A stretch of 49,099 nt of DNA from Phoronis australis (Eukaryota > Animalia > Phoronida): assembly GCA_002633005.1 (NCBI GenBank), contig NMRA01000893.1:1-49099 (forward strand), given 5' to 3'. Position 1 is the stretch's first letter. Each line of letters begins with the position of its first letter. The position numbers and the translations under genes were made by a program. A model generated the notes under the pieces. The model was given only the letters and a program-made list of their open reading frames with translations, ran no database searches and had not been told where the DNA came from. Positions 47,271-49,099 of this stretch are shown here, one piece after another.

Positions 47271-48009
47271 AGCAGCTTCTGTTCTTTCAGTCGTCACTTA
47301 GATTCCATTTTCTTCACTAAAAAACAGTGATAATTTTCTTCATTGCACAGTGAAGTAGACGACGGAAACGAAGTCGTAGTGCGCAGCACCACTGCCGATC
47401 GCCTGGGATAGCGGGAGAGCCTATACTTAGCCATAGTTTATTGAACTGTGTTCCGCCAGAATTTGACACCCCCCCNCCCCCCCCCTAAATCCGCCTATAT
47501 CCCCACGTATAGCGGCACGCAGGTAACCAGCGAGACAGTACGCAACTTCAATGGCTAAATGGATCAGCGCCATCTTGAGGCTCGGGGACGAGGCTAAAAC
47601 ACACCTTGAACTCCATCCATTGCGCATGACTTTTTCAAATCGTAACATAAATAGCTATCATATATTTTGTTTGAATGAAATTTGCTATTTTAAAAGCACT
47701 AAAATGCATTAAATATATAAAAAATATACCTATATAAACCAATTTTAGTTCTTTTTTAGAAATTGATTTTGAAGTAATTTTCATTTTGTCTAACGTATGT
47801 GGGATAATAAATGATGTTTTGTTTGTAATGGTGATCAGAGAGGACAACAACAAAGTATGGAAGCCGATGTCTTTATTCATTCAACTCTAGAAGTGGGAGA
47901 CAAACTGCATTCTGTAAAGCTTACAAAAGACTACATAGTTTTGGAACCATGCTGCGAGGAGTCATCGGGACAATATTCGCGACGTTACCTCATAAGTAAG
48001 GGCTCAAGA

Positions 48010-48130
48010 CAGGGCTCGACGCTATTAAAATCGCCAGGTCGCATTTTGCGACCTAGCCAAAATCCCAGTCGCATTTTCAAAATCCAGCTCGCATTCGTAA
48101 ATGCCAGGTCGCAAAATTTTCCCGCCATTT
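48010..48130 (+). mobile_element. Left end of a probable hAT-type non-autonomous element
   Basis: CAGGGCTCGAC terminus followed by repeated GTCGCA motifs and hairpin AGGTCGCA-TTT-TGCGACCT; other end not found. Confidence 0.4.
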
Positions 48131-49099
48131 TTACGCGCCAAAATAGATTTTTTAGATCATCAAGAAAATGTTTAGATTATGCTCTTACCTGGAGCGTTAA
48201 CTACTCACAAATTTCGGATCTCAAAATTGACTTCATTCATGCAGGTACGGCCTTACTTTTCTTCACGACCGCCATTGAAAGTCTCTAGAGCGCAAGACAA
48301 GTTGCCGATGTGAAAGTTGAATCAGTGCTCTCTAACTAACTTGTGCATTCGAGTAGCTAAATTTGCGATGTGAAAAGGGAGAAAATGCCCGTTGAAAAAG
48401 TATCCGGGATTTTGTTAGATCTGGCCTCCTACTGGCTGTCATCAAAGTCGTTAAAGATTCAAACTAACTCGGGTAATGGCGAGTTTGCTCTTCAATACCT
48501 TCCAAGTACGGAAAAAATAGGTCAGTCACAAAATGACACGCAGGTCACTAGTGTTAACTTTCTTTCCGAGGTATAAAACAAAGCCGGGATTTGGTTTTTA
48601 CATATTGTGAAAAGACTTTTTTGAAAACTGAAGTTGTGTAAAATGAAAGTGACACACCATATAAGCTGCGTGTCAATTTTAAACCACACGCGGTTGTTTG
48701 TAGTGCGCTATGATGGGCGCTAGCTTGAACTGTGGTCGCTTAATTGGAAATTCTCAAAATTTAAGGGGGACTTTTAATAGATCAGTGAGCGCTTATTATG
48801 AAACACTTTAAAGGTAGGGAGTAGGCTTGTGCGTGAGCATAGTCGTTAACCTCAGTGTTTGCGGTATTAAGATATTAAAACGCTGCAATGGTAAGAAATG
48901 TTATAATAATACGATTTTGCGAGGCAAACTCCATCTAGTAGAGGTGACTTTCTGGATATCGTTACCACCTACATTGTGATTGTATCCTTTTTAGCCACCC
49001 GGAATGATTTTGTTTTTAACTGCCCGCTTCAGCCAGAACAAGGTTGTTTTTATAGGAATCTGAATATTTTACGGCGACGGTGGTTCAGGGAGCGAAAAG

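Overview
Eukaryotic genomic DNA, AT-rich and intron-containing, probably from a marine invertebrate (inference from gene and repeat content), with one N-gap (6352-6874). (1) 729-16234 (+): 13 GT-AG exons encoding the C-terminal ~505 aa of an ACAD9-type mitochondrial acyl-CoA dehydrogenase; the 5' exons lie outside the window. (2) 31951-35975 (+): a complete 3-exon, 158-aa secreted single-domain C-type lectin. An intact but apparently orphan paralogous terminal exon sits on the minus strand at 18137-18381, inside a long inverted duplication that brackets the shared exons 1-2. (3) Many transposon relics: a THAP/KolX-like Kolobok remnant, TTAA-flanked MITEs, Helentron/HINE-like tandem arrays carrying CTCF-like motifs, a decayed RTE/RTEX-like LINE and small TIR MITEs. 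There is also a decayed pogo/Fot-like DDD transposase (44822-47001, -) that appears to carry an OTU-like cysteine protease domain between its catalytic domain and a C-terminal PHD-like finger. Most ORFs in the supplied track are spurious; the exons were found by reading splice sites and frames by hand. All homology calls are from recalled motifs, not database searches.
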